From a virus: a stretch of DNA of 64,000 nt. The stretch covers positions 1 to 64,000 of the IMG/VR virus record IMGVR_UViG_3300025889_000085; one strand, 5' to 3'. Positions 10,460-21,701 of this stretch are shown piece by piece. A program made the translations under genes and the position numbers. The notes beneath the pieces are model-generated. The model had not been told where the DNA came from, ran no database searches, and saw nothing but the letters and a program-made list of their open reading frames with translations. Numbering within the stretch: position 1 is the first letter of the stretch; every line of letters begins with the position of its first letter.

Positions 10460-13400
10460 TATAAACCTCCAAATAATATTGAGAATGCAAACGCTGTACT
10501 TGTAACTGATCCAGTTTCGTTACCTGCGTTGGCAAAAGCGTTTGCATCAATGTTACCTCCAGTACTAGCAACTGTTACAACTCCACCTGCAGGACTAACC
10601 ACAATACCACTGGGGTTTGGATTAGCTTCTGTTGGTTGCGGCATCAGTGCAATAGCACCAGTGCTGGCGTCTGTACTTATAGTTGCTCCGCCAAGATTAA
10701 TTGTATTTCCTGACAGGAACAAATCACGCCATTGGTAACTTGCACTACCTAAGTCGTAAGTTACATTTGCAGCAGGAATAATGCTTTGAGCAACTGCACT
10801 TAAATCAACATTGCCTCCACTGCCGCTGCCGTTGCTAAACGAAAGTTCTGCCTGCATTTCAGCCCACTGACTGCTGTCACCATCATTGAAGTAGATGTAC
10901 TGTATAGCACTGTCACTGTCAATCCATATGTCACCCTGACTTGGGCTACTTGGTGCGGTATTGCTTACTGTTGTAGTGCCGCCGCCACCACCTGAACTAT
11001 AAGGATCGCCATTGCTCCAGAAAACTCCATCTCCAGCAATAATGTAACTGTTAGCAGTTACGTTAGCAGTTACTCCTAGCGTTGTTCCAATTGTAGCACT
11101 GTTATTAATGGTTATTGCATTTACCGTACTGTTACCACTTGTATCTAAAGTGGCGCCGATTAGTGCCGCGCTGGCATTACCAATAGTAGCAGCATTTACA
11201 GTTGTACCAGTTAATGTTCCACTTAGTGTTAAACCAGTAAGTGTACCTACTGACGTAATGTTAGTTTGGGCAGCAGTGTCAAGAGTTCCTGTTAGTGTAG
11301 CACCGCTATTTCCTATCTGTGCTGCTTCAACAGTTGTACCTGTCAATGTACCACTTAAAGTGAGTCCAGTTAGCGTACCCACTGATGTAATGTTGGTTTG
11401 AGCAGCAGTGTCAAGAGTTCCTGTTAAAGTTGCTCCACTATTGCCTATCTGTGCTGCTTCTACGGTAGTTCCAGTTAGTGTTCCTGACAGGGTTAGCGAA
11501 GTTAATGTGCCAACACTGGTAATATTTGCCTGTGTGGCATTTGTTACGTACTCAGCAGTTCCTGCCGTTGTTGCAGTTCCTGCACTGCCAGTGCTGTCTG
11601 CATAAGTTGCATTGGCTACCGTTCCAGTTACATTAGCGCCTGTTAAACTAGTTAATTGACTACCGTCGCCTATTATGCTTGCACCAGAATTGCCAATAGT
11701 AGCAGCTTCTAGTGTTGTGCCGGTTAATGTGCCGCTTAGTGTCAATCCAGTTAGTGTACCTACTGATGTAATGTTGGTTTGAGCAGCAGTTTGTAAAGTA
11801 CCTGTTAACGAAGCGCCAGTATTACCAATCTGTGCGGCTTCTACAGTTGTTCCAGTTAATGTACCACTTAGTGTAAGTCCTGTTAGTGTACCGACACTAG
11901 TAATATTAGTTTGTGCGGCTGTGTCTAATGTACCAGTTAGTGTAGCACCACTATTTCCTATTTGTGCAGCATTTACTGTGGTTCCAGTAAATGTGTCTGA
12001 CAGGAATAAGTTGCTTGTATGTGCGCCGTCTGCTGCAACTACAAAAACGTTTTGAATGCCACTTACACTGGTATTAACGTTACCACTACCCTCAACAACT
12101 ACATTACTTGTTCCGTTAGTGATTGAAGATCCTGCTTCAACAGTAATACCTTCAATAAATCTACCGTTACCAAACAAGTAACTTCCGCTGGTAATGTTAC
12201 CTGTAGTTCCTAACTGAACTGCCGTTACATCGCCTGTTAATGTTATTCCACTACCAGCAATATTGCCTGTAACGCCTAATGTGCTTCCAATTGTAGTGGT
12301 ACTGTTTACAGTTAGTTCATTTACCGTAGCGTTACCGCTGGTGTCTAATGTTGCACCAATTAGTGCTGCACTAGCGTTACCGATAGTAGCAGCATTAACA
12401 GTAGTACCAGTTAGTGTACCACTTAGAGTCAATCCAGTTAGTGTACCAACACTGGTAATATTAGTTTGGGCTGCTGTACTTAATGTACCTGTTAGTGTTG
12501 CTCCACTGTTACCAATTTGAGCAGCTTCTACCGTCGTACCAGTTAGTGTACCACTTAATGTTAGTCCAGTTAATGTGCCTACTGATGTAATATTGGTTTG
12601 TGCAGCAGTTTGCAATACACCAGTAATACTTGGTGCTTGGATAGCATTGAAATATCCAGTATCCCAGTAATTACTAGTTCCGCCTAAACTTAAACTTGCA
12701 TTACCCGCAGGTGTTATACCTACATTTGAACGCCAACTGGTAGTAGCATGATTATATACCCAAGTAGCAATACCCTCGCCGCCTACATTACCTGCTAGTA
12801 TACCAGCGCCGTCAATACCAGCACTCGTTGTTTGGTTATTAGCAACAACTATATCTAAGTCATTGGTGCTGACAACATTACTGTCGATGTAAGTTACATT
12901 ACCAGTAACTTGCAGGTTACCTTCAATTACTACCAATCCGCCGCTGCCGGCAGTACTTGGATCGATTGTAATTACACTATGTGTGCTGGTAATACTATTG
13001 CTACCTATTGTAATTTCGCCAATAGTTACAGAATCGGCTAAGGAGTTAATGTTAGGCTGTGCTGCGGTGCTAAGTGTACCTGTTAGAGTAGCATCGGTAT
13101 TACCTATCTGTGCTGCTTCAACAGTTGTACCGGTTAGTGTGCCACTCAAAGTTAAGCCAGTTAATGTACCAACACTAGTAATATTCGTTTGTGCGGCAGT
13201 TTGTAATGTGCCTGTTAACTGTGATCCACTATTACCGATAGTTGCTGCTTCAATAGCAGTACCAGTTAATGTACCACTTAAAGTTAATCCAGTTAGTGTT
13301 CCAACTGATGTAATATTAGTTTGAGCGGCAGTGCTTAATGTACCTGTTAATGTAGCACCACTATTTCCTATTTGTGCAGCCTCTACTGTGGTACCTGTCA

Positions 13401-16400
13401 ATGTACCGCTTAATGTTAATCCAGTTAGTGTTCCAACTGAGGTAATATTGGTTTGACTTGCAGTCTGTAACGTGCCAGTTAATGTTGCTCCTGTGTTACC
13501 AATGCTAGCGGCTTCAATTGCAGTACCAGTTAATGTTCCTGACAAAGTTAGCCCGGTTAGTGTGCCAACGCTTGTAATATTAGTTTGACTTGCAGTTTGT
13601 AATGTACCTGTAATTGTTGTACCTACGTTGCCAACACTGGCTGCGTTGATATTTGTGCCGTCTAGGTTACCGCTTAGTGTTAATCCTGTTAGTGTACCTA
13701 CTGATGTAATATTAGTTTGTGCAGCAGTATCTAGTGTACCAGTTAATGTTGCACCACTATTACCAATCTGTGCTGCTTCTACCGTAGTGCCTGTTAAAGT
13801 GCCACTTAGTGTCAGTCCAGTTAGTGTACCTACCGATGTGATGTTGGTTTGGGCAGCAGTGCTTAACGTACCTGTTAAAGTTGCACCTGAGTTACCTATC
13901 TGTGCTGCTTCAACAGTTGTACCTGTCAATGTACCACTTAAAGTGAGTCCGGTTAGTGTACCAACACTAGTAATATTAGTTTGTGCCGATGTTTGTAATG
14001 TGCCAGTTAGTTGCGATCCCGAATTACCAATGGTGGCTGCTGTAATGGCTGTGCCAGTTAGCGTACCGCTCAAAATTAAACTAGTTAGCGTACCAACTTC
14101 TGTAATGTTTGTTTGGCTAGCAGTATCTAATGTACCAGTTAATGTTGCTCCACTATTACCAATCTGAGATGCGTTAAGAGTTGTTCCTGTTAATCCACCA
14201 CTTAATGTTAAGCCAGTAAGAGTTCCAACTGCGGTAATGTTACTCTGAGTCGCATTTGTTACATATTCAGCAGTGCCTGCAGTATTAGCAAAATTAACAC
14301 TTAAACCACTTAGGTTACTTAATTGGCTACCATCTCCCAAGAAGTAAGTAGCAGTTACATTTCCACCAGCATGGATGTTACCTCCAACGCCAATACCACT
14401 GTTACCTTGTAGTACTAAAGCACCTGTGCTTACACTGGTACTGCGTGTTCCATCAACGTTGGCGCCACCTGGATCACTACTACCAATCAGTACCAAGTTA
14501 CCAGTTTTAATATTTCCATAAACAGCAGTACTGTGATTGATGACGTTAGCATCGTCTCCTGCACCACTACCATACCATTCTAAATTCTGTTCGTCATTAC
14601 TCCAAATTAACGCAGCATTGTCGTCTTGCGTTTTGTAGTAGTGCATTCTGAAGCCAATGTCTCTACCATCATCTTCAGTTAATGGAGTTAAGTTGGCATC
14701 AGTGTGCATTTCAATCAAGTTGTCTGTGACAGCAAGATTATTTGCACCGATAATATTAGTATTGCCTTCAACTGTTAAGTTGCCTGCGATTGTTGTATCC
14801 TGGCTAATAAGAACTGTACCGCCAATATGTACATCTTTGGCAATACCAACGCCACCTGCGACTACCAATGCTCCGTTGGTTGTAGCGGTTGCCTGTGTTG
14901 TGTCTGTAATTGTTGTAACACCAGTTACACCTAGTGTCGAACCAACTGTAGCACTGTTGTTTACAGACAATGCATTAACTGTGGCATTACCTGTGGCACT
15001 TAGTGTGCTTACAATAGCAGTATTGCCGCCGCCGGAACCCAATGCGCCATTTAAATTTGTGCCATTAATTGTAGTAATTGTTGCACTGGCGCCAGTAAAT
15101 GCAGCACCAATGTTACCAATTATGGCTGCTTGTACTGTAGTTCCGTTTAATGTACCACTTAAGGTTAAGCCAGTTAGTGTTCCAACTTCTGTAATATTTG
15201 TTTGGCTAGCAGTTTGTAATGTACCAGTTAACTGAGATCCGCTATTACCAATAGTTGCAGATTCTACGCTAGTACCAGTTAGTGTGCCACTTAGTGTTAG
15301 CCCAGTTAGTGTTCCTAGTGAGGTTATGTTTGTCTGCGCCGCAGTACTCAGCGTACCTGTCAAGGTAGCACCAGTGTTACCAATAGTAGCAGCACTTACA
15401 GTTGTACCTGTTAATGCACCACTTAGTGTCAATCCGGTTAGCGTACCAACCGATGTTATATTTGTTTGAGAAGCGGTGTCTAATGTACCGGTTAATGTAG
15501 CACCACTATTACCAATTTGAGCTGCTTCTACTGTAGTACCAGTTAGTGTTCCTGATAATGTTAAGCCAGTTAGTGTACCAACAGATGTGATATTTGTCTG
15601 GGCCGCGGTGCTCAATGTTCCTGTTAGTGTAGCACCTGAGTTACCAATAGTTGCTGCTTCTACTGCGGTACCTGTTAATGTGCCACTTAGTGTTAGTCCA
15701 GTTAAAGTGCCTACGCTAGTAATATTTGTTTGTGCAGCAGTTTGTAAAGTACCTGTTAAAGTACTACCAGTAATGGCTGCACCACTGTTACCAATTATGG
15801 CTGCATTAATCGTCGTACCTGTTAGTGTACCGCTTAATGTCAATCCAGTTAGTGTACCTACTGATGTGATGTTGGTTTGTGCAGCGGTATTCAAAGTACC
15901 AGTTAGTGTGGCGCCCGAATTACCTATTTGAGCTGCTTCTACAGTGGTTCCAGTTAGTGTACCACTTAGTGTAAGTCCGGTTAAAGTACCAACTGATGTA
16001 ATGTTTGTCTGCGCCGCAGTGCTCAATGTACCTGTTAGTGTAGCACCACTGTTACCAATAGTGGCTGCGCTGACTGTTGTTCCTGTTAATCCACCGCTTA
16101 ATGTTAAGCCAGTTAGTGTACCAACTGCTGTAATGTTACTCTGTGTAGCATTTGTTACATATTCAGCTGTTCCTGCGGTATTGGCATAATTTACGCTTAG
16201 GTCTGATAGTCCATCTAATTGGCTTCCATTACCAAAGAAGTAATTGGCAGTGACATTACCACCAACTTGCAACACATCAAAGTATCCTGTTGACCAATAA
16301 TTATTGGTTCCACCAAAACTTAACGCTGCATTACCTAGTGGAGTTATACCAACGTTGCTTTGCCAACTAGTAGTTGCATGATTATATGTCCAGGTTGCTA

Positions 16401-19400
16401 TTCCTTCACCACCCACATTACCTGCTAATATACCAGCGCCATCAATATCTGCACTAGTTGATCTATTATTTGCAACAACAATGTCTAAGTCATTGGTGCT
16501 GACAATATTGCTGTCAATGTAAGTTACGTTACCTGTAACCTGCAAGTTGCCTTCAATTACTACCAATCCACCACTTCCAGCAGTGCTTGGATCAATAGTA
16601 ATTACACTGTGTGTACTTGTGATACTGTTGCTGCCAATAGTTATTTCACCTATTGTTACCGCATCCGCAAGTTCGTTGATATTTGGCTGAGCAGCGGTGC
16701 TTACCGTGCCTGTTAGTGTTGCACCTGAGTTACCAATTGTAGCAGCATTTATAGTTGTACCAGTAAGTGTATCACTTAGTGTTAAACCAGTTAGTGTTCC
16801 AACACTAGTGATATTAGTCTGTGCAGCAGTGCTTAACGTACCTGTTAGCGTAGCACCTGAGTTACCAATAGTTGCTGCTTCCACTGCGGTACCGGTTAGT
16901 GTACCACTTAAAGTTAGTCCTGTTAGTGTTCCAACTGATGTAATATTAGTTTGAGCAGCAGTATCTAAAGTGCCTGTCAGGGTAGCGCCCGAATTACCTA
17001 TTTGTGCTGCTTCTACTGTGGTACCTGTTAATGTACCACTTAGTGTAAGTCCAGTTAGTGTTCCTAGTGAGGTTACATTTGGCTGGCTTACAGTGGATAA
17101 CGTTCCTGTTAGTGTAGTATTTGTATTACCAATGGTAGCAGCATTAATAGCAGTACCGGTTAGTGTACCACTTAAAGTTAGTCCAGTTAGTGTGCCTACT
17201 GATGTGATATTAGTTTGAGCAGCAGTATCTAAAGTTCCTGTTAACGTAGCACCACTGTTACCAATTTGAGCAGCTTCTAAAGTAGTACCGGTTAACGTAT
17301 CACTAAGTGTTAATCCTATTAGTGTACCGACTGCTGTAATGTTGCTCTGTGTAGCATTTGTTACGTACTCAGCAGTTCCTGCAGTGTTAGCATAATTAAC
17401 ACTTAGTTCTGTTAATCCACCTAATTGACTACCATTACCAAAAAAGTAACTGGCAGATATATTTCCAGTTGAATCAACATTACCAGCAATTATATTTCCG
17501 GTAACATCTAATGTTGTACCAATTGTAGCACTATTGTTGATTGTAATATCATTTACAGTGGCATTTGCAGTGCTTTCAACTGTTGCGCCAAATATAGTAC
17601 TACCTGTGTTACCGATTGTTGCGGCATTAACAGTTGTTCCTGTTAACGCACCACTTAGTGTCAAACCGGTTAGTGTACCAACACTGGTAATATTTGCTTG
17701 TGCTGCTTCTGTTACATACCCGGCAGTACCTGCTGTGTTTGCTGTATTACTGTTACCTGCTTCAAGAGAATATGTGGCGTTAGCAACTGTTCCTGTAACA
17801 TTTGCGCCAGTTAAACTGGTTAAAGCACTACCATCACCAATTAATGTGGCACCAGTATTACCAATTGTAGCAGCATTAATGTCAGTGCCAGTTAGTGTAC
17901 CACTTAGTGTAAGTCCGGTTAGTGTTCCTACTGACGTAATGTTAGTCTGGTTTGCTGTTTGAAGTACACCTGTGACGCTTGGTGCTTCAATTGCATTAAA
18001 GTAACCTGTACTCCAGTAGTTACTGGTGCCACCGAGGCTTAAACTGGCGTTACCAACCGGAGTTACTCCGACGTTACTTTGCCAACTTGTGGTAGCATGA
18101 TTGTATATCCAGGTTGCAACTCCTGCTCCACCCACATTACCTGCTAGTATACCAGCACCATCAATACCAGCACTCGTTGTTTGGTTATTAGCAACAATAA
18201 TGTCTTTGTCGTTGATAATTATAGTTCCACTATCAACATAAGTTACGTTACCTGTGACTTGTAAGTTTCCTTCAATTACAACTAATCCATTTTGACCTGC
18301 ACTTGCGGGATCAATTGTAATTACGCTATGTGTGCTTACAATACTATTGCTGCCAATTGTGATCTCACCAATAGTTACTTCGTCAGCAAGTTGATTAATA
18401 TTTGTCTGTGCTGGAGTATTGATTGTTCCAGTTAATGTAGCGCCTGAATTACCAATCTGCGCTGCTTGTACAGTTGTTCCGTTTAACGTGCCTGATAATG
18501 TTAATCCAGTCAGTGTACCAACTTGCGTTATATTTGTTTGAGCAGCGGTATCTAACGTACCAGTTAAGATTGCGCCTGTGTTACCAATTTGCGCTGCTTC
18601 TACTGTGGTGCCAGTCAATGTTCCTGACAGGGTGGCGCCAGTCAATACACCAACACTGGTAATATTTGCCTGTGCTGCTTCGCTGACGTATTGTGCAACA
18701 CCTGCTGTATTGGCAAAACTTACACTAACTCCTCCTAGTCCATCTAATAATGCACCATTACCTAAAAAATAACTAGCAGACACATTGCCAGTAACACCTA
18801 AATCAGTACCAATTGTAGCACTGTTGTTTATTGTTAACGCATTAATAGTTGCATTAGAAGTGGTGTTTAAAGTAGCGCCCGTGAATGCAGCGCCGGTGTT
18901 ACCAATGGTTGCTGCTTGTACAGTTGGGGCATTCAGTGTGCCGCTTAAATTTAATCCTGTTAGAGTGCCAACTGAGGTAATATTTGGTTGTGCTGCTGTT
19001 TGAATAGTTCCAGTTAGTGCAGCACCTGCATTACCAATAATGGCTGCACGAATAGTAGTGCCGTCTAATATACCACTTAATGTCAGTCCAGTTAGTATAC
19101 CAACACTGGTTATATTTGGTTGACTAGCAGTCTGTATAGTGCCAGTCAATGTACTACCAGTAATTGCTGCACCACTATTTCCAATTGTGGCAGCGTTTAT
19201 GGTTGTACCAGTTAGTGTGCCACTTAGTGTTAGTCCGGTTAGTGTACCAACACTGGTAATGTTAGTTTGACTGGCTGTCTGAATTGTACCAGTTAGGGTT
19301 GCACCTGTGTTACCAATTTGAGCAGCATTAACAGTAGTGCCTGTCAGAGTTCCGCTCAATGTCAGTCCAGTTAGTGTACCAACACTGGTTATATTTGTCT

Positions 19401-21591
19401 GTTGTGGTGTTTGTAGTACACCAGTAATACTTGGTGCTTCGATGGCGTTAAAGTAGCCTGTACTCCAATAATTATTTGTACCACCAAAACTTAGTGCAGC
19501 ATTACCTTGAGGTGTTATCCCTACATTTGAGCGCCAACTGGTAGTAGCATGATTATATACCCAAGTTGCGATACCTTGACCACCAACATTACCTGCTAAT
19601 ATACCTGCGCCGTCTATGTCTGCACTAGTTGTTCTATTATTAGCGACAATAATGTCTAAATCATTTGTACTTACAACATTACTATCAATGTAAGTTACAT
19701 TACCAGTTACTCGTAAATTACCTTCAATTACAACTAGGCCGCCACTGCCTTCTGTGCTAGGATCAATTGTGATAGTGTCATGTGTGCTGGTAATACTGTT
19801 ACTACCAATTGTAATCTCACCAATTGTAACTGCGTTTGCTAATTCATTTACGTTGGGTTGACTGGCAGTTTCTAATGTGCCAACTAAATTTGTGGCTTCG
19901 ACATTACCTGCAATAATATTTCCAGTAACGCCTAATGTTGTTCCCACTGTTGCACTAGTGTTAACAGTTAATCCATTTACTGTGGCATTTGCACTTGTAT
20001 CTAGCGTTTCGCCGACTAGTTGTGTAGCAGCATTACCAACAGTAGCAGCATTAACAACCGTTCCTGTAATAGCACCACTTAGAGTCAAACCAGTTAGTGT
20101 ACCAACACTAGTTATATTTGTTTGTGCTGCAGTGTCTAGTGTACCTGTTAATGTAGCACCACTATTACCAATTTGTGCTGCTTCTACTGTAGTGCCAGTT
20201 AGTGTACCACTTAATGTCAGACTGGTCAATGTGCCAACACTGGTAATGTTTGCCTGTGTAGCATTGGTTACGAACTCGGCAGTACCCGCAGTGTTTGCAA
20301 AGTTTACACTTAATTCTGTAAGTCCGTCTAATTGGCTACCATTACCAAAGAAATAACTGGCTGTAACATTGCCTGCGGTATCTACATTACCAGGTGTAAT
20401 GTTTCCAACAACTTCTAAACCTAAGGAAGAAAAAGTTGCTATCGATTCACCGTTAACTGAAATTAAAATATTTCCGTCACTAGCAGGAATGTCAACATTA
20501 GAAGTGCCATTTTGAATTCTATATGTTGTTGCATCTTCAGATCCTTGAATAACAAATGCACCACCTTCAGCAGTTGTAATAATCACTGCGGTATTGTTGG
20601 CACTAATTGATGCACCATCTAAGTTAATAGTACTTCCACTTAAGAATAAATCTTTAAATCTAAAATCTGAACTTCCCAAATTGTAAGTAACGTTGGCGCT
20701 TGGGATAATGTTGCCAATAAATTCTGTTGCACTAATACTGTTTGCAGTTATACCGTCGACACTGTCAAGGTTACCACTATACGTTGGCAAATAACTGGCT
20801 ACGTTTGCGTTTGAATAAGAAGCAGGCAGTCCTTCGAGTTGACTACCATTACCAATAAAATAAGCAGCAGTAACATTAGCAGTAGTAATTACATTACCAG
20901 CCAAACTATCTAAATTACCTGTGTATGTAGGCAAGTAATTAGCAACATTGGCATTGCCATATGTAATTTCACCTAAACCAGTTAGTTGACTACCATTACC
21001 AATAAAGTAGGCTGCACTAACATTACCAGTAGCAATAACATCTGTGCTAACGATGACATTACCAGCACCTATATTGCCTGTATAAGTTGGCAAGTAGCTA
21101 GCAACGTTTGCATTGCTGTAATTACCACTTACTACTACACCATTGACTGTGAGAGTTCCATTATCTACAGAAATATTTGTGCCGCGCAAAGTTACATTAT
21201 TGCTGAGATAAAGTTCTGCCCATTCTTTAGAAATACTACCGAGTGTATAAGTTGCTGTAGTCTGAGGTAGTACATCAGACTTAATGCTAGTCAAATCTGC
21301 TTGAATGTTACTAAAAACACTTTGACCGTTAGGATAAAAATATCCCGCCCCAATAATATTGCCAATAGTGCTTAAATTTCCAAAACCATTGATATTACCA
21401 ACTCGTAAATTGCCAGTAGTATAAAAATAATTTGCAGTAATTGTATTACCGGTTAAATTTGTCGTACTGTTGCTACCAATAATTGTGTATAACTCTGTAA
21501 AGTTACTGTTTGTTTTGGTAAATGCGGTATAGAGTGAATCACCAGAGTTACTATCTGGACCATCACCTAAGTCAATGATTTCTTGCGCCAT
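10459..21591 (-). CDS. Giant repetitive tail fibre (3710 aa) with a gp9/gp10-like N-terminal attachment motif
   Basis: N-terminus IIDLGDGPDSNSGDSLYTAFTKTNSNFTELY; roughly 40 copies of a 44-aa repeat; four copies of a ~140-aa module; TAAATA at 21620-21625. Confidence 0.8.
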   Translation of the reverse strand: MAQEIIDLGDGPDSNSGDSLYTAFTKTNSNFTELYTIIGSNSTTNLTGNTITANYFYTTGNLRVGNINGFGNLSTIGNIIGAGYFYPNGQSVFSNIQADLTSIKSDVLPQTTATYTLGSISKEWAELYLSNNVTLRGTNISVDNGTLTVNGVVVSGNYSNANVASYLPTYTGNIGAGNVIVSTDVIATGNVSAAYFIGNGSQLTGLGEITYGNANVANYLPTYTGNLDSLAGNVITTANVTAAYFIGNGSQLEGLPASYSNANVASYLPTYSGNLDSVDGITANSISATEFIGNIIPSANVTYNLGSSDFRFKDLFLSGSTINLDGASISANNTAVIITTAEGGAFVIQGSEDATTYRIQNGTSNVDIPASDGNILISVNGESIATFSSLGLEVVGNITPGNVDTAGNVTASYFFGNGSQLDGLTELSVNFANTAGTAEFVTNATQANITSVGTLTSLTLSGTLTGTTVEAAQIGNSGATLTGTLDTAAQTNITSVGTLTGLTLSGAITGTVVNAATVGNAATQLVGETLDTSANATVNGLTVNTSATVGTTLGVTGNIIAGNVEATNLVGTLETASQPNVNELANAVTIGEITIGSNSITSTHDTITIDPSTEGSGGLVVIEGNLRVTGNVTYIDSNVVSTNDLDIIVANNRTTSADIDGAGILAGNVGGQGIATWVYNHATTSWRSNVGITPQGNAALSFGGTNNYWSTGYFNAIEAPSITGVLQTPQQTNITSVGTLTGLTLSGTLTGTTVNAAQIGNTGATLTGTIQTASQTNITSVGTLTGLTLSGTLTGTTINAATIGNSGAAITGSTLTGTIQTASQPNITSVGILTGLTLSGILDGTTIRAAIIGNAGAALTGTIQTAAQPNITSVGTLTGLNLSGTLNAPTVQAATIGNTGAAFTGATLNTTSNATINALTINNSATIGTDLGVTGNVSASYFLGNGALLDGLGGVSVSFANTAGVAQYVSEAAQANITSVGVLTGATLSGTLTGTTVEAAQIGNTGAILTGTLDTAAQTNITQVGTLTGLTLSGTLNGTTVQAAQIGNSGATLTGTINTPAQTNINQLADEVTIGEITIGSNSIVSTHSVITIDPASAGQNGLVVIEGNLQVTGNVTYVDSGTIIINDKDIIVANNQTTSAGIDGAGILAGNVGGAGVATWIYNHATTSWQSNVGVTPVGNASLSLGGTSNYWSTGYFNAIEAPSVTGVLQTANQTNITSVGTLTGLTLSGTLTGTDINAATIGNTGATLIGDGSALTSLTGANVTGTVANATYSLEAGNSNTANTAGTAGYVTEAAQANITSVGTLTGLTLSGALTGTTVNAATIGNTGSTIFGATVESTANATVNDITINNSATIGTTLDVTGNIIAGNVDSTGNISASYFFGNGSQLGGLTELSVNYANTAGTAEYVTNATQSNITAVGTLIGLTLSDTLTGTTLEAAQIGNSGATLTGTLDTAAQTNITSVGTLTGLTLSGTLTGTAINAATIGNTNTTLTGTLSTVSQPNVTSLGTLTGLTLSGTLTGTTVEAAQIGNSGATLTGTLDTAAQTNITSVGTLTGLTLSGTLTGTAVEAATIGNSGATLTGTLSTAAQTNITSVGTLTGLTLSDTLTGTTINAATIGNSGATLTGTVSTAAQPNINELADAVTIGEITIGSNSITSTHSVITIDPSTAGSGGLVVIEGNLQVTGNVTYIDSNIVSTNDLDIVVANNRSTSADIDGAGILAGNVGGEGIATWTYNHATTSWQSNVGITPLGNAALSFGGTNNYWSTGYFDVLQVGGNVTANYFFGNGSQLDGLSDLSVNYANTAGTAEYVTNATQSNITAVGTLTGLTLSGGLTGTTVSAATIGNSGATLTGTLSTAAQTNITSVGTLTGLTLSGTLTGTTVEAAQIGNSGATLTGTLNTAAQTNITSVGTLTGLTLSGTLTGTTINAAIIGNSGAAITGSTLTGTLQTAAQTNITSVGTLTGLTLSGTLTGTAVEAATIGNSGATLTGTLSTAAQTNITSVGTLTGLTLSGTLTGTTVEAAQIGNSGATLTGTLDTASQTNITSVGTLTGLTLSGALTGTTVSAATIGNTGATLTGTLSTAAQTNITSLGTLTGLTLSGTLTGTSVESATIGNSGSQLTGTLQTASQTNITEVGTLTGLTLSGTLNGTTVQAAIIGNIGAAFTGASATITTINGTNLNGALGSGGGNTAIVSTLSATGNATVNALSVNNSATVGSTLGVTGVTTITDTTQATATTNGALVVAGGVGIAKDVHIGGTVLISQDTTIAGNLTVEGNTNIIGANNLAVTDNLIEMHTDANLTPLTEDDGRDIGFRMHYYKTQDDNAALIWSNDEQNLEWYGSGAGDDANVINHSTAVYGNIKTGNLVLIGSSDPGGANVDGTRSTSVSTGALVLQGNSGIGVGGNIHAGGNVTATYFLGDGSQLSNLSGLSVNFANTAGTAEYVTNATQSNITAVGTLTGLTLSGGLTGTTLNASQIGNSGATLTGTLDTASQTNITEVGTLTSLILSGTLTGTAITAATIGNSGSQLTGTLQTSAQTNITSVGTLTGLTLSGTLTGTTVEAAQIGNSGATLTGTLSTAAQTNITSVGTLTGLTLSGTLTGTTVEAAQIGNSGATLTGTLDTAAQTNITSVGTLTGLTLSGNLDGTNINAASVGNVGTTITGTLQTASQTNITSVGTLTGLTLSGTLTGTAIEAASIGNTGATLTGTLQTASQTNITSVGTLTGLTLSGTLTGTTVEAAQIGNSGATLTGTLSTAAQTNITSVGTLTGLTLSGTLTGTAIEAATIGNSGSQLTGTLQTAAQTNITSVGTLTGLTLSGTLTGTTVEAAQIGNTDATLTGTLSTAAQPNINSLADSVTIGEITIGSNSITSTHSVITIDPSTAGSGGLVVIEGNLQVTGNVTYIDSNVVSTNDLDIVVANNQTTSAGIDGAGILAGNVGGEGIATWVYNHATTSWRSNVGITPAGNASLSLGGTSNYWDTGYFNAIQAPSITGVLQTAAQTNITSVGTLTGLTLSGTLTGTTVEAAQIGNSGATLTGTLSTAAQTNITSVGTLTGLTLSGTLTGTTVNAATIGNASAALIGATLDTSGNATVNELTVNSTTTIGSTLGVTGNIAGSGITLTGDVTAVQLGTTGNITSGSYLFGNGRFIEGITVEAGSSITNGTSNVVVEGSGNVNTSVSGIQNVFVVAADGAHTSNLFLSDTFTGTTVNAAQIGNSGATLTGTLDTAAQTNITSVGTLTGLTLSGTLTGTTVEAAQIGNTGASLTGTLQTAAQTNITSVGTLTGLTLSGTLTGTTLEAATIGNSGASIIGDGSQLTSLTGANVTGTVANATYADSTGSAGTATTAGTAEYVTNATQANITSVGTLTSLTLSGTLTGTTVEAAQIGNSGATLTGTLDTAAQTNITSVGTLTGLTLSGTLTGTTVEAAQIGNSGATLTGTLDTAAQTNITSVGTLTGLTLSGTLTGTTVNAATIGNASAALIGATLDTSGNSTVNAITINNSATIGTTLGVTANVTANSYIIAGDGVFWSNGDPYSSGGGGGTTTVSNTAPSSPSQGDIWIDSDSAIQYIYFNDGDSSQWAEMQAELSFSNGSGSGGNVDLSAVAQSIIPAANVTYDLGSASYQWRDLFLSGNTINLGGATISTDASTGAIALMPQPTEANPNPSGIVVSPAGGVVTVASTGGNIDANAFANAGNETGSVTSTAFAFSILFGGL
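11150..20290 (-). repeat. Intragenic degenerate 132-bp (44-aa) tandem repeat arrays, interrupted by larger modules
   Basis: Unit TAAQTNITSVGTLTGLTLSGTLTGTTVEAAQIGNSGATLTGTL[DSQ]; DNA units recur at 132-bp spacing (e.g. near 11255 and 11387); the same unit occurs in 4486-7182. Confidence 0.95.
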
Positions 21592-21651
21592 TCTTTATCC
21601 GGTTTTTAGAACTATAGAGTATTTATTTGTTTTTGATTATTAAGGTTCTAC

Positions 21652-21678
21652 CAAAAAAATAGGCCCTTGCAGGCCTAT
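21652..21678 (-). terminator. Rho-independent terminator of the 136-aa gene
   Basis: Minus strand ATAGGCC-TGCAAG-GGCCTAT followed by a T run. Confidence 0.85.
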
Positions 21679-21701
21679 CTTCATCATTACGATAATGATT
21701 G

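Noticed and set aside
11150-20290. Repeat arrays as CRISPR or a diversity-generating retroelement
   Set aside because: Units are in-frame coding repeats varying mainly at synonymous sites, with no unique spacers, no cas or reverse transcriptase gene in the window and no adenine-specific TR/VR pair seen
4832-21270. Many plus-strand ORFs rich in Val/Pro (VPVSVP...)
   Set aside because: Antisense shadows of the Thr/Gly repeat codons of the fibre genes, with no independent expression signals
10459-21591. Ice-binding function from TxT motifs in the fibre repeat
   Set aside because: TLT/TGT motifs are frequent, but a regular TxT ladder cannot be shown without a structure, and Thr/Gly richness is common in phage fibres
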